Virus record (IMG/VR): IMGVR_UViG_3300045988_062993
Location: 1 to 52,879 of that record
Origin: a virus
Strand: one strand, 5' to 3'
DNA: 52,879 nucleotides
Shown here: positions 43,538-51,309 of the stretch, in pieces
Layout: each line of letters begins with the position of its first letter
How positions within the stretch are numbered: position 1 is the stretch's first letter
The notes under the pieces: model-generated
Told to the model about the DNA's origin: nothing
Database searches by the model: none
What the model saw: the letters and a program-made list of their open reading frames with translations, nothing else
Translations under genes and position numbers: made by a program

Positions 43538-44062
43538 TCAGCCCCCGTTCTGGTCTTTCCGTGCCTGCTTGTCCACCGCACTGATGATGTGCTTCACCAC
43601 TTCTTCCATGGGCATATCACCTGCCGGAACCTTGAACATCACGCCCTGCGCCTGACCCGGATTTTCCTTTGCCTGCTTCATTGCATCTGCAACAATTTTC
43701 TCCATCATGCTGTCCATGTTGCCGGGCTGGCTGGCAGAAGGATCATTCCGCTTTTCTGCCGTGGCGGCAGTGGCATGGTCATCCTGCTTCTCCGCTGTGT
43801 CGGCAGTGGCAACAGGTTCAGCAGCAGGCGCTTCGCCATACTCGCTCTTCCACGCGACTTCAAACACGCTGTCGATGATGTCCTTAGCCACCGTCATAAT
43901 GGCTTCCGCTTTCTTACGGTTACCTTTGCCGCTGTCCGCAACGGTGTGCGCCACCGCTGCTGCGGCCATAAATACCTGGTTCGCGCCGTCTCCCATCGTT
44001 TCTATGTCGATCAAACTTTTGCTCTTCATCTTCACGACCAGCTTTGCAATGTTCTTGCCCAT
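43538..44062 (-). CDS. Hypothetical protein (174 aa)
   Basis: Track ORF. Confidence 0.5.
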   Translation of the reverse strand: MGKNIAKLVVKMKSKSLIDIETMGDGANQVFMAAAAVAHTVADSGKGNRKKAEAIMTVAKDIIDSVFEVAWKSEYGEAPAAEPVATADTAEKQDDHATAATAEKRNDPSASQPGNMDSMMEKIVADAMKQAKENPGQAQGVMFKVPAGDMPMEEVVKHIISAVDKQARKDQNGG

Positions 44063-44076
44063 AACACGACTTCCTT

Positions 44077-44379
44077 TCAGGACGGCACATTTCCGCCCAC
44101 GTCACTAGTACCAGTGGCTTCATACGAATATTCTTTCAGCTCAATGTCCTGTACGCTGTCTTCATCCAGCCACTTGTTGATGATGTCAAACAGGTATTGC
44201 TTGCGCATCTGAATAATATTCTTGTTGGTGGTGCCCAGAGAAAACATCTTGATAGCAACGCTCGCTACAAGCCGGGTCAGTTCATCTCCCTGCCCGTTCA
44301 TTTCCACATAGACACTTTTCTTCTCCGGCGCATCATGGCCCGTGAAAAACGCCAGAATATGCGTTTTGCTCTTATCCAT
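44077..44379 (-). CDS. Hypothetical protein (100 aa)
   Basis: Internal ATG (MDKSKTHILAFF...) of the track ORF. Confidence 0.5.
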   Translation of the reverse strand: MDKSKTHILAFFTGHDAPEKKSVYVEMNGQGDELTRLVASVAIKMFSLGTTNKNIIQMRKQYLFDIINKWLDEDSVQDIELKEYSYEATGTSDVGGNVPS

Positions 44380-44392
44380 GTAGCCGTCCCCC

Positions 44393-44818
44393 TTACGAAG
44401 GCAGGCCGTCGTCTGCATCCTGTGGCCTGCTGCCGGTGCCCGCCCGGTCGTTCACAGCAGCGCCAGAGCAGGTAGCACAGTCACCGAAGCACCCGGTGCT
44501 CGTGTTCTCTTTCAGCTTTGCCATCGCTTCCTCGATAGCGGTATCCTTTTCACAGTGCCACCGGACGCTCTGCCGCTCACCGTATTCAATCTCGCTACTG
44601 CGGGCGTTCCATGCATCATCCAGCATACCGTCCAACCGGTTCTTCATGTCGTCCAGCATCTTAATCGCCTGTTCCTTTTCCGGGCTGGACTGCACGATTA
44701 CGTCAGCCAGCGCCATAGCCGCGATCTGCGCGATATCTCCCGCGTGGCCGTCAACCTGAATTTCGACATCATCGCCATCCAGAGCGACAGCCAAATAGGC
44801 ATCCCATCTTTTCTCCAT
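44393..44818 (-). CDS. Hypothetical protein (141 aa)
   Basis: Track ORF with an AGAAAGGA RBS. Confidence 0.5.
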   Translation of the reverse strand: MEKRWDAYLAVALDGDDVEIQVDGHAGDIAQIAAMALADVIVQSSPEKEQAIKMLDDMKNRLDGMLDDAWNARSSEIEYGERQSVRWHCEKDTAIEEAMAKLKENTSTGCFGDCATCSGAAVNDRAGTGSRPQDADDGLPS

Positions 44819-44852
44819 CTTTTGTCCTTTCTATTGGTGTGAATCTTCGGTC

Positions 44853-44916
44853 TGGTGGAGCATTCCGGGATTGAACCGGTTCCGGGGCTACACCCCCGGA
44901 CGCGCCTGCATACTCC
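44853..44916 (-). ncRNA. D-armless tRNA-like element (60 nt plus encoded ACCA)
   Basis: GGAGTAT-GCAGGCGCG-TCCGGGG.GTGTAG.CCCCGGA-ACCGG.TTCAATC.CCGGA-ATGCTCC-ACCA. The 7-bp acceptor stem contains one G-U pair. The T-loop fits TTCRANN. Confidence 0.3.
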
Positions 44917-44917
44917 A

Positions 44918-44947
44918 TAAAACGGGCGGCTTGACAGGCTGCCGCCC
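44918..44947 (-). terminator. Intrinsic terminator-like hairpin immediately 5' of the tRNA-like element
   Basis: GGGCGGC-agcctgtcaa-GCCGCCC followed by GTTTTAT. Confidence 0.5.
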
Positions 44948-45088
44948 ACCCATGCGGGCCGCCCTATGTATTCTTTCAGTCCTCAGTAGGTAGGACCCCC
45001 GACTGTCGGAATGGCCGGGGCAGCCGTCTGCGTCCCCACGTTTCCGGCTGCATGGTGGGCGTGATCCGGTGCGCCCAGACCTTTGCGG

Positions 45089-45265
45089 CTAATCTCGTGG
45101 GTCTCTGCCGCCGATCAGCACGCCGCCCAGCAGTAGGATCAGCCACAACGCCACCACGCCCATGCCAAACTCCGTTATTACTTTGACCCAGTACAGCAGT
45201 GCTGTCAGGATGACGGCCAGAACCAGCGTTCCCGCCAGAACGGCCACCAGAATAATCAGGTTCAT
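45089..45265 (-). CDS. Small hydrophobic (2-TM) protein (58 aa)
   Basis: MNLIILVAVLAGTLVLAVILTALLYWV...VVALWLILLLGGVLIGG. The start is uncertain; the track start at 45331 is GTG without an RBS. Confidence 0.35.
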   Translation of the reverse strand: MNLIILVAVLAGTLVLAVILTALLYWVKVITEFGMGVVALWLILLLGGVLIGGRDPRD

Positions 45266-45382
45266 TTCGCTTTTCGCCCTTTCTTCTGCTTGTGCTGCTG
45301 CGTCTGCCGGGACTTCCGGCGGTCTTTGCACGGGCGGCAGTACAGCGTGGTCATCGTGTCGAACCGGCGGTACGCCCCGCCG

Positions 45383-45678
45383 TCATGCCTTTTCTTGCTG
45401 TTGTTCATGTTCCTTCCGCTTCCTGTTCCTCTCGATCAGATTATCCAGCTCTTCCCGGGCCTTCTGCTCTTTCAGCAGTTCATCCAAGCGCCAGTACCCG
45501 TATGACTTGCCCGCCGCGTCCGCCTTGCGCACATCGGCGGTCAGTGGATCAGCGGGCGGGTTCTTATACTTCTTGCGTACCCGTTCCGCAAATCGTTCTG
45601 CGCAAACGGGGCACCTCCGGGCGGTGACGTTATTTGAAAGGATCACCGCCCCGCAGTCAACGCAGGTCTTGATTATCA
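45383..45678 (-). CDS. Zinc-ribbon protein (98 aa)
   Basis: GTG at 45678 follows AAGGGGG. The cysteine pairs are CVDC...CPVC. Confidence 0.45.
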
Positions 45679-45821
45679 CCGGTCCATTCCCCCTTGTGGT
45701 TCTGGATGTAGCGCCGGATATCCTCCGCAAACTTTTTGCGCTTCCTGCGCTCTATCACTTCAAAGATGGTGTACATCGCCGCACACACCACGACGACCGC
45801 CACCGCCGCCGCGCCCATCAT
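45657..45821 (-). CDS. Small membrane protein (54 aa)
   Basis: MMGAAAVAVVVVCAAMYTIFEVIERRKRKK... The ATG overlaps the upstream stop (TGATG). Confidence 0.4.
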   Translation of the reverse strand: MMGAAAVAVVVVCAAMYTIFEVIERRKRKKFAEDIRRYIQNHKGEWTGDNQDLR

Positions 45822-46063
45822 CTGGCACGCTCCCGCTTCAACTGCTTTTCCAGCTCCAAGCGTTCGCACTCCCAGCGATACCGCCGGACACGCTCTTCCA
45901 GCAGGTTCACCTTCTGTTCCAGCTTTGTGGTGTAGCTGATGCTGCACCAGCCCCATGTCAGCAGGGCGGCAATGGTGACGATCAGTGCGAACCATACAAC
46001 CGGTTCCCGTGCGGCTGCCTGGGCGGCATCCACGCCGTAGAACCACATAATAAAGTTCCTCAT
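45818..46063 (-). CDS. Membrane-anchored coiled-coil protein (81 aa)
   Basis: Track ORF with a TM segment (VVWFALIVTIAALLTWGW) followed by a charged helix. Confidence 0.5.
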   Translation of the reverse strand: MRNFIMWFYGVDAAQAAAREPVVWFALIVTIAALLTWGWCSISYTTKLEQKVNLLEERVRRYRWECERLELEKQLKRERAR

Positions 46064-46218
46064 GCCGGTTCACTCTCCTTTCCGTCTTCCTGTGCCTGTG
46101 CGCCAGCCTTTGCCAGCTTCATGCCCTGAACCACGCCTGCGATATAGGTTGCCGCTTCCGGGTTCTCTGCCAACAGTTCAGCCATTTCCTTACTCTGGCT
46201 CTTGTCCTTCTCGCTCAT
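46060..46218 (-). CDS. First small ORF of the early leftward operon (52 aa, below the track cutoff)
   Basis: MSEKDKSQSKEMAELLAENPEAATYIAGVVQGMKLAKAGAQAQEDGKESEPA. RBS is GGGGTGAAGAGG. It forms an ATGA overlap with the next gene. Confidence 0.4.
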   Translation of the reverse strand: MSEKDKSQSKEMAELLAENPEAATYIAGVVQGMKLAKAGAQAQEDGKESEPA

Positions 46219-46273
46219 CCTCTTCACCCCCTTTCCGTTGCTCTTGTGTTGCTTGTCGGAACTTTACAGTGCC

Positions 46274-46302
46274 ATTATAGTCAATTTTCGGAACGTTGTC
46301 AA
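46274..46302 (-). promoter_or_regulatory. Consensus sigma-70 promoter for the early leftward operon
   Basis: Minus sense reads TTGACA, a 17-nt spacer, then TATAAT. The spacer contains GTTCCGAAAA. Confidence 0.6.
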
Positions 46303-46323
46303 TGGTTTTTAGCAATTCTTTTG

Positions 46324-46352
46324 TTGATTTTCGGAACTTTATTTGCTATAAT
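46324..46352 (+). promoter_or_regulatory. Promoter for the repressor/lysogeny operon
   Basis: TTGATT, a 17-nt spacer, then TATAAT. The spacer contains TTTCGGAAC. Confidence 0.55.
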
Positions 46353-46382
46353 GGACTTACAGAAAGGTGGTGAAGGAAATAA

Positions 46383-46871
46383 ATGACCATCGGTGAAAGA
46401 ATTAAAATCCTCCGTAAAGAGAAATGTCTTTCAATGGAGGACTTCGGCGCTATAATCGGTATGGGTAAGTCTGCCGTCAGCCGTATCGAAAACGGAGTCA
46501 ACGGCACAACGGACCAGACCATCCGTTCCATCTGCCGGGAGTTTGGAGTAAACGAACAGTGGCTCCGCACTGGTGAGGGCGAAATGTTTGAGCAGACCCG
46601 GGCAAGCGTGCTGGATCGGCTGTCCACGGAATACGATCTGAGCAGGGAGCAGCGTTCCGTAATTGAAGCGTTCCTTGATCTGGACCCGCAGGAGCGGGAC
46701 GTGATTCTGAAGTATGTACATAACGTTTTTGACCGTTCCGCAGAATCCGCAGCCAAGAGCACAGCAATACCCGATAAGGAAGCCCAGCGCATTGCCGAAA
46801 GTGACGAGTTCAAAACCCTTCGGGAAAAGAACGAGCCGCCGGAGAGCGAATCGTGTACTACCGCCGGTTAG
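46383..46871 (+). CDS. XRE-family HTH repressor (CI-like)
   Basis: The N-terminal HTH is IGERIKILRKEKCLSMEDFGAIIGMGKSAVSRIENG. It is divergent from the early operon. Confidence 0.8.
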   Translation: MTIGERIKILRKEKCLSMEDFGAIIGMGKSAVSRIENGVNGTTDQTIRSICREFGVNEQWLRTGEGEMFEQTRASVLDRLSTEYDLSREQRSVIEAFLDLDPQERDVILKYVHNVFDRSAESAAKSTAIPDKEAQRIAESDEFKTLREKNEPPESESCTTAG

Positions 46872-46932
46872 TTCTTCAACGTGCCGCTTCTGAGTGGCTG
46901 AAGAATCACCAGTAAATCCGCACAAAAAGAAA

Positions 46933-46965
46933 AAGCCCACCGGGTGACAGGCCCGGTAGGCTTTT
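46933..46965 (+). terminator. Intrinsic terminator after the repressor gene
   Basis: AGCCCACCGGG-tgacagg-CCCGGTAGGCT followed by TTTTT. Confidence 0.55.
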
Positions 46966-46999
46966 TCGTGTATGCATATAATGAATGTGAGGTGTCTTT

Positions 47000-47554
47000 A
47001 TGGGTTTACGTTTTCGCAAAAGTATTAAGATTGCTCCCGGTGTGAAACTGAACTTGAACAAGAAAAGCACAAGCATCAGCTTCGGTGGAAAACACGGCGG
47101 CGTTACGGTCAACTCCAAGCGCGGTGCCAGCTACCGTGTTTCTGCACCCGGAACTGGTTTAAGTTATACCGGTAAGGTTGGCGGTTCCAGTAAGAAGAAA
47201 TCTAACTATTTGTATACGAACCACGATTACGATGATTCTTATGAAGATTGCGATGTCGATTCACCTTCCGCCGATTATTCTTCGTATCATAGTTTCTCTG
47301 TTGCTCCTGATCCCGATCTGGGGCCTACCCTTTTTCAGAGAATGTTCAACCCTGAATATTTTGTCCCTGAAACATGGTTTGGTGTTGTTGGCTACTGCCT
47401 TCGCTATGGCGTTCTGCCCATTCTCGTTTTTCTGTACCTTGTTATCTATGCGCAGCCCCTTTGGCTTGCAGTGATTTATGCAGCCATTCGCATTCTTCCT
47501 GTTCTTTCCTGTATTGAGATTGTCCAGAAACAAAAACTTCGTTCTGGTAAGTAG
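47000..47554 (+). CDS. DUF4236-like protein with a C-terminal transmembrane region
   Basis: The N-terminus is MGLRFRKSIKIAPGVKLNLNKKSTSISFGGKHGG. The C-terminal hydrophobic segments are WFGVVGYCLRYGVLPILVFLYLVIYAQPLWLAVIYAAIRILPVL. Confidence 0.7.
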   Translation: MGLRFRKSIKIAPGVKLNLNKKSTSISFGGKHGGVTVNSKRGASYRVSAPGTGLSYTGKVGGSSKKKSNYLYTNHDYDDSYEDCDVDSPSADYSSYHSFSVAPDPDLGPTLFQRMFNPEYFVPETWFGVVGYCLRYGVLPILVFLYLVIYAQPLWLAVIYAAIRILPVLSCIEIVQKQKLRSGK

Positions 47555-47578
47555 TGCTTATATTTCGTTTCGTTCCGT

Positions 47579-47631
47579 TATCGTCTAACAGCCTGCATCT
47601 TTCGTCTAAAAGCGCAGGTTGTTAGACGATA
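47579..47631. other. 53-bp imperfect palindrome upstream of the integrase gene (attP candidate)
   Basis: TATCGTCTAACAGCCTGC, a 17-nt centre, then GCAGGTTGTTAGACGATA. The arms are 18 bp with one mismatch, and no U-tract follows. Confidence 0.3.
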
Positions 47632-47689
47632 CTCAGGTATTCAACGTTTCAGCTGTGGAAGCATTCTAATTTTCTGAAAGGTGGTATTT

Positions 47690-49330
47690 ATGCCTCACAA
47701 AAAGAAACTACAAGAGGTAGGCGGTCGGCGTCTGGTGGCCTACTATCGCTACTCCGGCGGTAGTCATCAAACGGAGCAGTCCATTGAGGGCCAGCGCCGG
47801 GACTGTGAGACCTACGCCCGTATCCACGGCATGGTCATTCTGCATGAATATATTGACCGGCATATCTCCGGCAAGACGGACGACCGCCCGGAGTTCCAGC
47901 AGATGATTGCCGATGCCGGGAAAGGGATGTTCGACTATGTGATCTGCTGGAAAACAGACCGCATTGCCCGCTCCCGGTATGACAGCATCATCTATAAAAA
48001 GAAGCTCCGCGACAACGGCGTGGAGCTGCTCTATGCTGCAGAAGCCAACGTTGAAGGTTCCGGCGGTATCATCGTGGAGGGCTTGATGGAAGCCCTTGCC
48101 GAATACTACTCCGCCGAACTGGCCGAGAAGGTGCGGCGCGGTATGCGGGAAAGCGCCTTGAAAGGCAAGGCTATTGGCAGTTCCCGCCCCCTTGGCCTTA
48201 CCGTTGACAAGGACAAGAAGTATATCATCGACCCTGCCGGGGCTGCCGCCGTGCGGTATATCTTTGAGCAGTACGCCGCCGGGGCTGCGTCCTCTGCTAT
48301 CGTTGCACACCTGAATGAACAGGGCTTGTGCACCAGCCGGGGCAACCCGTTCAATAAGTCCAGCGTTGTGCGCATCATCCAAAACGAGGTTTATCGGGGC
48401 GTGTATGTCAGCCCCAAGTTTGACGTGCGCATTGAGGGCGCAGTACCGGCCATTATTGACGACGATCTATGGGAGAGGGCGCAGAAGATGTTTATTCGTA
48501 ACCGCCAGAGCCGTTCCCCGCGCAATGACCGCGCAGACTACATCCTGTCCGGCAAGCTGTTTTGCGGCGAGTGCGGCACTGCCATGAAGGGTGTGTCCGG
48601 CCACAGCAGCAACGGCGAGGTGTACTTCTACTACAACTGTCCGTGCAAGGACTGCCACCGCCGGAACATCCCGAAGGACGAGCTGGAAGGTCTGGTGATC
48701 CGCACCGTCTGTAACGACGTGTTGCAGCCGGACGTGATGGATCACATTGCAGACAGTGTGATCGAAGCCCAGACCGCCGAACTGAACCAGCCCAACCCGG
48801 AGAAGGAAGCATTGCAGCACGAGCTTGCCGACGTGCAGCGCAAGGCAAAGAACCTGCTGTCTGCATTGGAGAACGGCACCGCCGGGGCTATGCTGACCAA
48901 CCGCCTTGCCGAACTGGAACAGCAGGCAGACACGCTATCCTATCAGCTGTCGTCGCTGGAATCTGAGCCGAAGTTCCCGGTCTTCTCCAAGGAAGAAGTT
49001 CTGTACCTGCTGGAACAGTTCCTCATTGCCCCCAGCGAGAAAACCAAGGCATACCGCCGCCGCCTGATCGATACCTTTGTCAGCAAGATTGAGGTGAGCA
49101 ATACGGAACTGACCATCTATTTCAACATTGCCGAGGAAGATTGTGGAAAAATAAAAAAAGCTCCCCAGTCGAACCAGCCCGAAGGCTGTTCGACTGAGAA
49201 GCAAATGGTCCGCCTTTTGCTTCCCCAGTCGAACTTTTCTATTTTTATCCTTCCGACCTATTTTTACATCGCAATTCCCATTTTTCAGGCGAGAAAGACC
49301 ATTTCCGTTGAATCTGTAACCAGTTTGTAA
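47690..49330 (+). CDS. int: Large serine recombinase (integrase)
   Basis: The resolvase catalytic domain reads VAYYRYSGGSHQTEQSIEGQRRDC...GKTDDRPEFQQM. Recombinase and zinc-ribbon (CGECG...CPCKDC) regions and a coiled-coil follow. ATG at 47690 follows AAAGGTGG. Confidence 0.9.
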   Translation: MPHKKKLQEVGGRRLVAYYRYSGGSHQTEQSIEGQRRDCETYARIHGMVILHEYIDRHISGKTDDRPEFQQMIADAGKGMFDYVICWKTDRIARSRYDSIIYKKKLRDNGVELLYAAEANVEGSGGIIVEGLMEALAEYYSAELAEKVRRGMRESALKGKAIGSSRPLGLTVDKDKKYIIDPAGAAAVRYIFEQYAAGAASSAIVAHLNEQGLCTSRGNPFNKSSVVRIIQNEVYRGVYVSPKFDVRIEGAVPAIIDDDLWERAQKMFIRNRQSRSPRNDRADYILSGKLFCGECGTAMKGVSGHSSNGEVYFYYNCPCKDCHRRNIPKDELEGLVIRTVCNDVLQPDVMDHIADSVIEAQTAELNQPNPEKEALQHELADVQRKAKNLLSALENGTAGAMLTNRLAELEQQADTLSYQLSSLESEPKFPVFSKEEVLYLLEQFLIAPSEKTKAYRRRLIDTFVSKIEVSNTELTIYFNIAEEDCGKIKKAPQSNQPEGCSTEKQMVRLLLPQSNFSIFILPTYFYIAIPIFQARKTISVESVTSL

Positions 49331-49344
49331 TATTTGTGACAACA

Positions 49345-49392
49345 AAAAATCCCCCGCCAGCTTTCCTTTCGGATTGCCAGCGGGGGATTTTC
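49345..49392. terminator. Bidirectional terminator between the integrase and lysis cassette
   Basis: AAAAATCCCCCGC ... GCGGGGGATTTTC. Confidence 0.6.
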
Positions 49393-49395
49393 ATT

Positions 49396-49713
49396 TCAGT
49401 GCAGAAGCATCGTCAGTTCATAGGCCACAAGGCCGGAAACCAACGCCGCAATTACAGCCCACCAAAGTTTGTTCCCAAATGTTCCGGGGACTTTTTCCAG
49501 CGCGGTCAGGCGGTCGTCCTGCTTTTTGTTTTGAGCCGTTACAATTTCAAGGCTCTTGTTTGTGTTTTCGAGTTGCTGAATCGTCAGCTTGATGTTGGTG
49601 TTCATGCCATTCACCGCATCAGTCAGCTTTTCCAAGTCGTTTAGGCGGTGCGTATTGCTTCGGGCACGGTTTTCAACCGCTGTCAGGCGATGTTCCAGCT
49701 CCTCGTCAGTCAT
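49396..49713 (-). CDS. XhlA-like lysis-associated protein (coiled coil plus C-terminal TM)
   Basis: MTDEELEHRLTAVENRARSNTHRLNDLEK...LWWAVIAALVSGLVAY. The start overlaps the holin stop, and the RBS is GGGGGAGGA. Confidence 0.55.
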   Translation of the reverse strand: MTDEELEHRLTAVENRARSNTHRLNDLEKLTDAVNGMNTNIKLTIQQLENTNKSLEIVTAQNKKQDDRLTALEKVPGTFGNKLWWAVIAALVSGLVAYELTMLLH

Positions 49714-50101
49714 TCTTCTTGTCCTCCCCCGCCTTACCGAAACGGGCCACAGTGGTGGTTTCTGCGGATTTCTTTTCCATGTAGTCTTCCAGCTTGCTTT
49801 TGGTGACATTGAACACCATCTGCACGATCCAGTCCAGCGTCTTCTCATTGATTGCCCAGTCCAGCCAGTCCGGGGTGTAGCCGCGCAGCACTGCAATAAC
49901 GTGGGCTTTCTTTTCCGCACCCATTCCGCTGCCGAACTTCTCCTCTGCGTTGACGATCCACTTATAAACCGTCTTTGCCACGAACAGGCCGTAGCCCAGA
50001 CGGACCAGCCCCAGCGCAGTAACTACCGCGCCGACCGCCACAAGAATAGCTGCCAGCCATTCCGGGAAGATCATAAGAAACGATTTCAGAATATCCATCA
50101 T
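49706..50101 (-). CDS. Holin (LL-H-like)
   Basis: 131 aa with the N-terminal TM PEWLAAILVAVGAVVTALGLV. It sits between the endolysin and XhlA-like genes. RBS is TAGGAGG. Confidence 0.65.
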   Translation of the reverse strand: MMDILKSFLMIFPEWLAAILVAVGAVVTALGLVRLGYGLFVAKTVYKWIVNAEEKFGSGMGAEKKAHVIAVLRGYTPDWLDWAINEKTLDWIVQMVFNVTKSKLEDYMEKKSAETTTVARFGKAGEDKKND

Positions 50102-50129
50102 ATTGTTTTCCTCCTACTCTGCCGCCGGA

Positions 50130-50552
50130 TCAGCCCTTCCAGCGGCCCTTCGTGGCGCGAACATCCACATGAACAAAGGCACAGTTCCGCACGCCGGTCT
50201 TGATGGGATAGATGCCAATGCCGCCCTTGTTCGGCATCAGCGTTTCCACATACTCTGCCAGCTTCGTGATAAGAATGCCTTGGATGTAGATGTCGGCCGC
50301 CTTTCCGTACTGGTGCTGACTGAATTTTGCACCGCCCACCTTCTTGCTCAGATTGTAGGCGGCAGTCCGGTATGCCGAGTTGATGATTACCGGCTTGCCG
50401 AAGTGGTCACGGACATTCTGCAAAATCCTCACCAGTTCGCTGTCGATAAAGATAGGATCAGACCCATCTTTGCAGCGAAACTCCTTCACCTTGAAATTCT
50501 TGGACAGGCTTTTTTCGCCGTCCCGTTCGAGGGAATACACGTTCAGTGCCAT
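50130..50552 (-). CDS. Endolysin, peptidase M15A (D-Ala-D-Ala carboxypeptidase-like) family
   Basis: FKVKEFRCKDG...INSAYRTAAYN...SQHQYGKAADI...FVHVDV carries the H..D...H zinc-ligand pattern. Confidence 0.8.
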   Translation of the reverse strand: MALNVYSLERDGEKSLSKNFKVKEFRCKDGSDPIFIDSELVRILQNVRDHFGKPVIINSAYRTAAYNLSKKVGGAKFSQHQYGKAADIYIQGILITKLAEYVETLMPNKGGIGIYPIKTGVRNCAFVHVDVRATKGRWKG

Positions 50553-50568
50553 ACGATCACGCCCTTTC

Positions 50569-50601
50569 AAATAAAATGGGGCGCGGCTCCCGCCGCACCC
50601 C
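50569..50601 (-). terminator. Terminator-like hairpin upstream of the endolysin gene
   Basis: Minus sense reads GGGGTGCGGC-GGGA-GCCGCGCCCC followed by ATTTTATTT. Confidence 0.45.
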
Positions 50602-50610
50602 GCCGTTTCC

Positions 50611-50727
50611 TCAGACCTCAACTTCCAGGTCTTTCAGAATCTGCTTGACCTCATCCCGGATGATTGCCGGAACCTGGTCAATGGTCTTCCTGCCCTTGAT
50701 GATAAGGGTAGCATAGACAACTGCCAT
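50611..50727 (-). CDS. CD1375-like mini-protein (38 aa, below the track cutoff)
   Basis: MAVVYATLIIKGRKTIDQVPAIIRDEVKQILKDLEVEV, with an AAAGGAGGTGG RBS. Confidence 0.5.
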   Translation of the reverse strand: MAVVYATLIIKGRKTIDQVPAIIRDEVKQILKDLEVEV

Positions 50728-50780
50728 TACGTCCACCTCCTTTTTCAGCAAAATTTTAAGCATCAGCTCACGAAGAACGC

Positions 50781-50906
50781 TCACTTGTTGTCCTCCGCCA
50801 GCAGGGCTTTCACCTTTTTCTGCAAGCTCTTGGGCACCTGTGCCAGAGTTTTCTTGCCTTTGCGAATCAGGTCTGCGTAGACCGTTGCCATGTAGTCAGT
50901 GCTCAT
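50781..50906 (-). CDS. CD1375-like mini-protein (41 aa, below the track cutoff), paralog of 50611..50727
   Basis: MSTDYMATVYADLIRKGKKTLAQVPKSLQKKVKALLAEDNK, with an AGGGGG RBS. Confidence 0.5.
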   Translation of the reverse strand: MSTDYMATVYADLIRKGKKTLAQVPKSLQKKVKALLAEDNK

Positions 50907-50922
50907 AGTTCACACCCCCTGC

Positions 50923-51309
50923 TCATTCCGTGGCGGTGCTGGTCACGCTCAGCACCTGTTCGTACACATCACAAAGCGCCATCTGGGTGCTAGTGAGCTG
51001 GTCTGCCATGGTGGCGTTCTGGTTTTCCAGCTCCTTCACCCGGTCTTCCAGCTTCTTTTCTTCCGGCACCGGGACGGGTGTAGGCGGCGCATAGTCCCAC
51101 CATTTGTCAAAGTCCGTCTGAACTTCCTCGGCGGTCAGCACACCATCCACACGCTGCTGGCGTTCGTCGCAGGCGTATACGGTATACTTCTTGCCTTCGT
51201 CATCGGTCTGTTCCTGCTTTTTGATATCCTTCCGCAGGATCATGTCCGTTTTGCTGCCAACGCGAAACACCTCAACGGCGGCCGGCAGGAAGGGATAAAT
51301 CTCACTCAT
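50923..51309 (-). CDS. Hypothetical protein (128 aa), translationally coupled to the reverse transcriptase
   Basis: The ATG at 51309 overlaps the RT stop (ATGA). RBS is AGGAGGAAAG. The C-terminus is a coiled coil. Confidence 0.55.
   Translation of the reverse strand: MSEIYPFLPAAVEVFRVGSKTDMILRKDIKKQEQTDDEGKKYTVYACDERQQRVDGVLTAEEVQTDFDKWWDYAPPTPVPVPEEKKLEDRVKELENQNATMADQLTSTQMALCDVYEQVLSVTSTATE

Noticed and set aside
50923-51309. The RT-coupled 128-aa protein as the DGR accessory protein Avd
   Set aside because: The sequence has an acidic N-terminal half and a C-terminal coiled coil. It does not resemble the basic four-helix-bundle Avd pattern I know. It is left as hypothetical.
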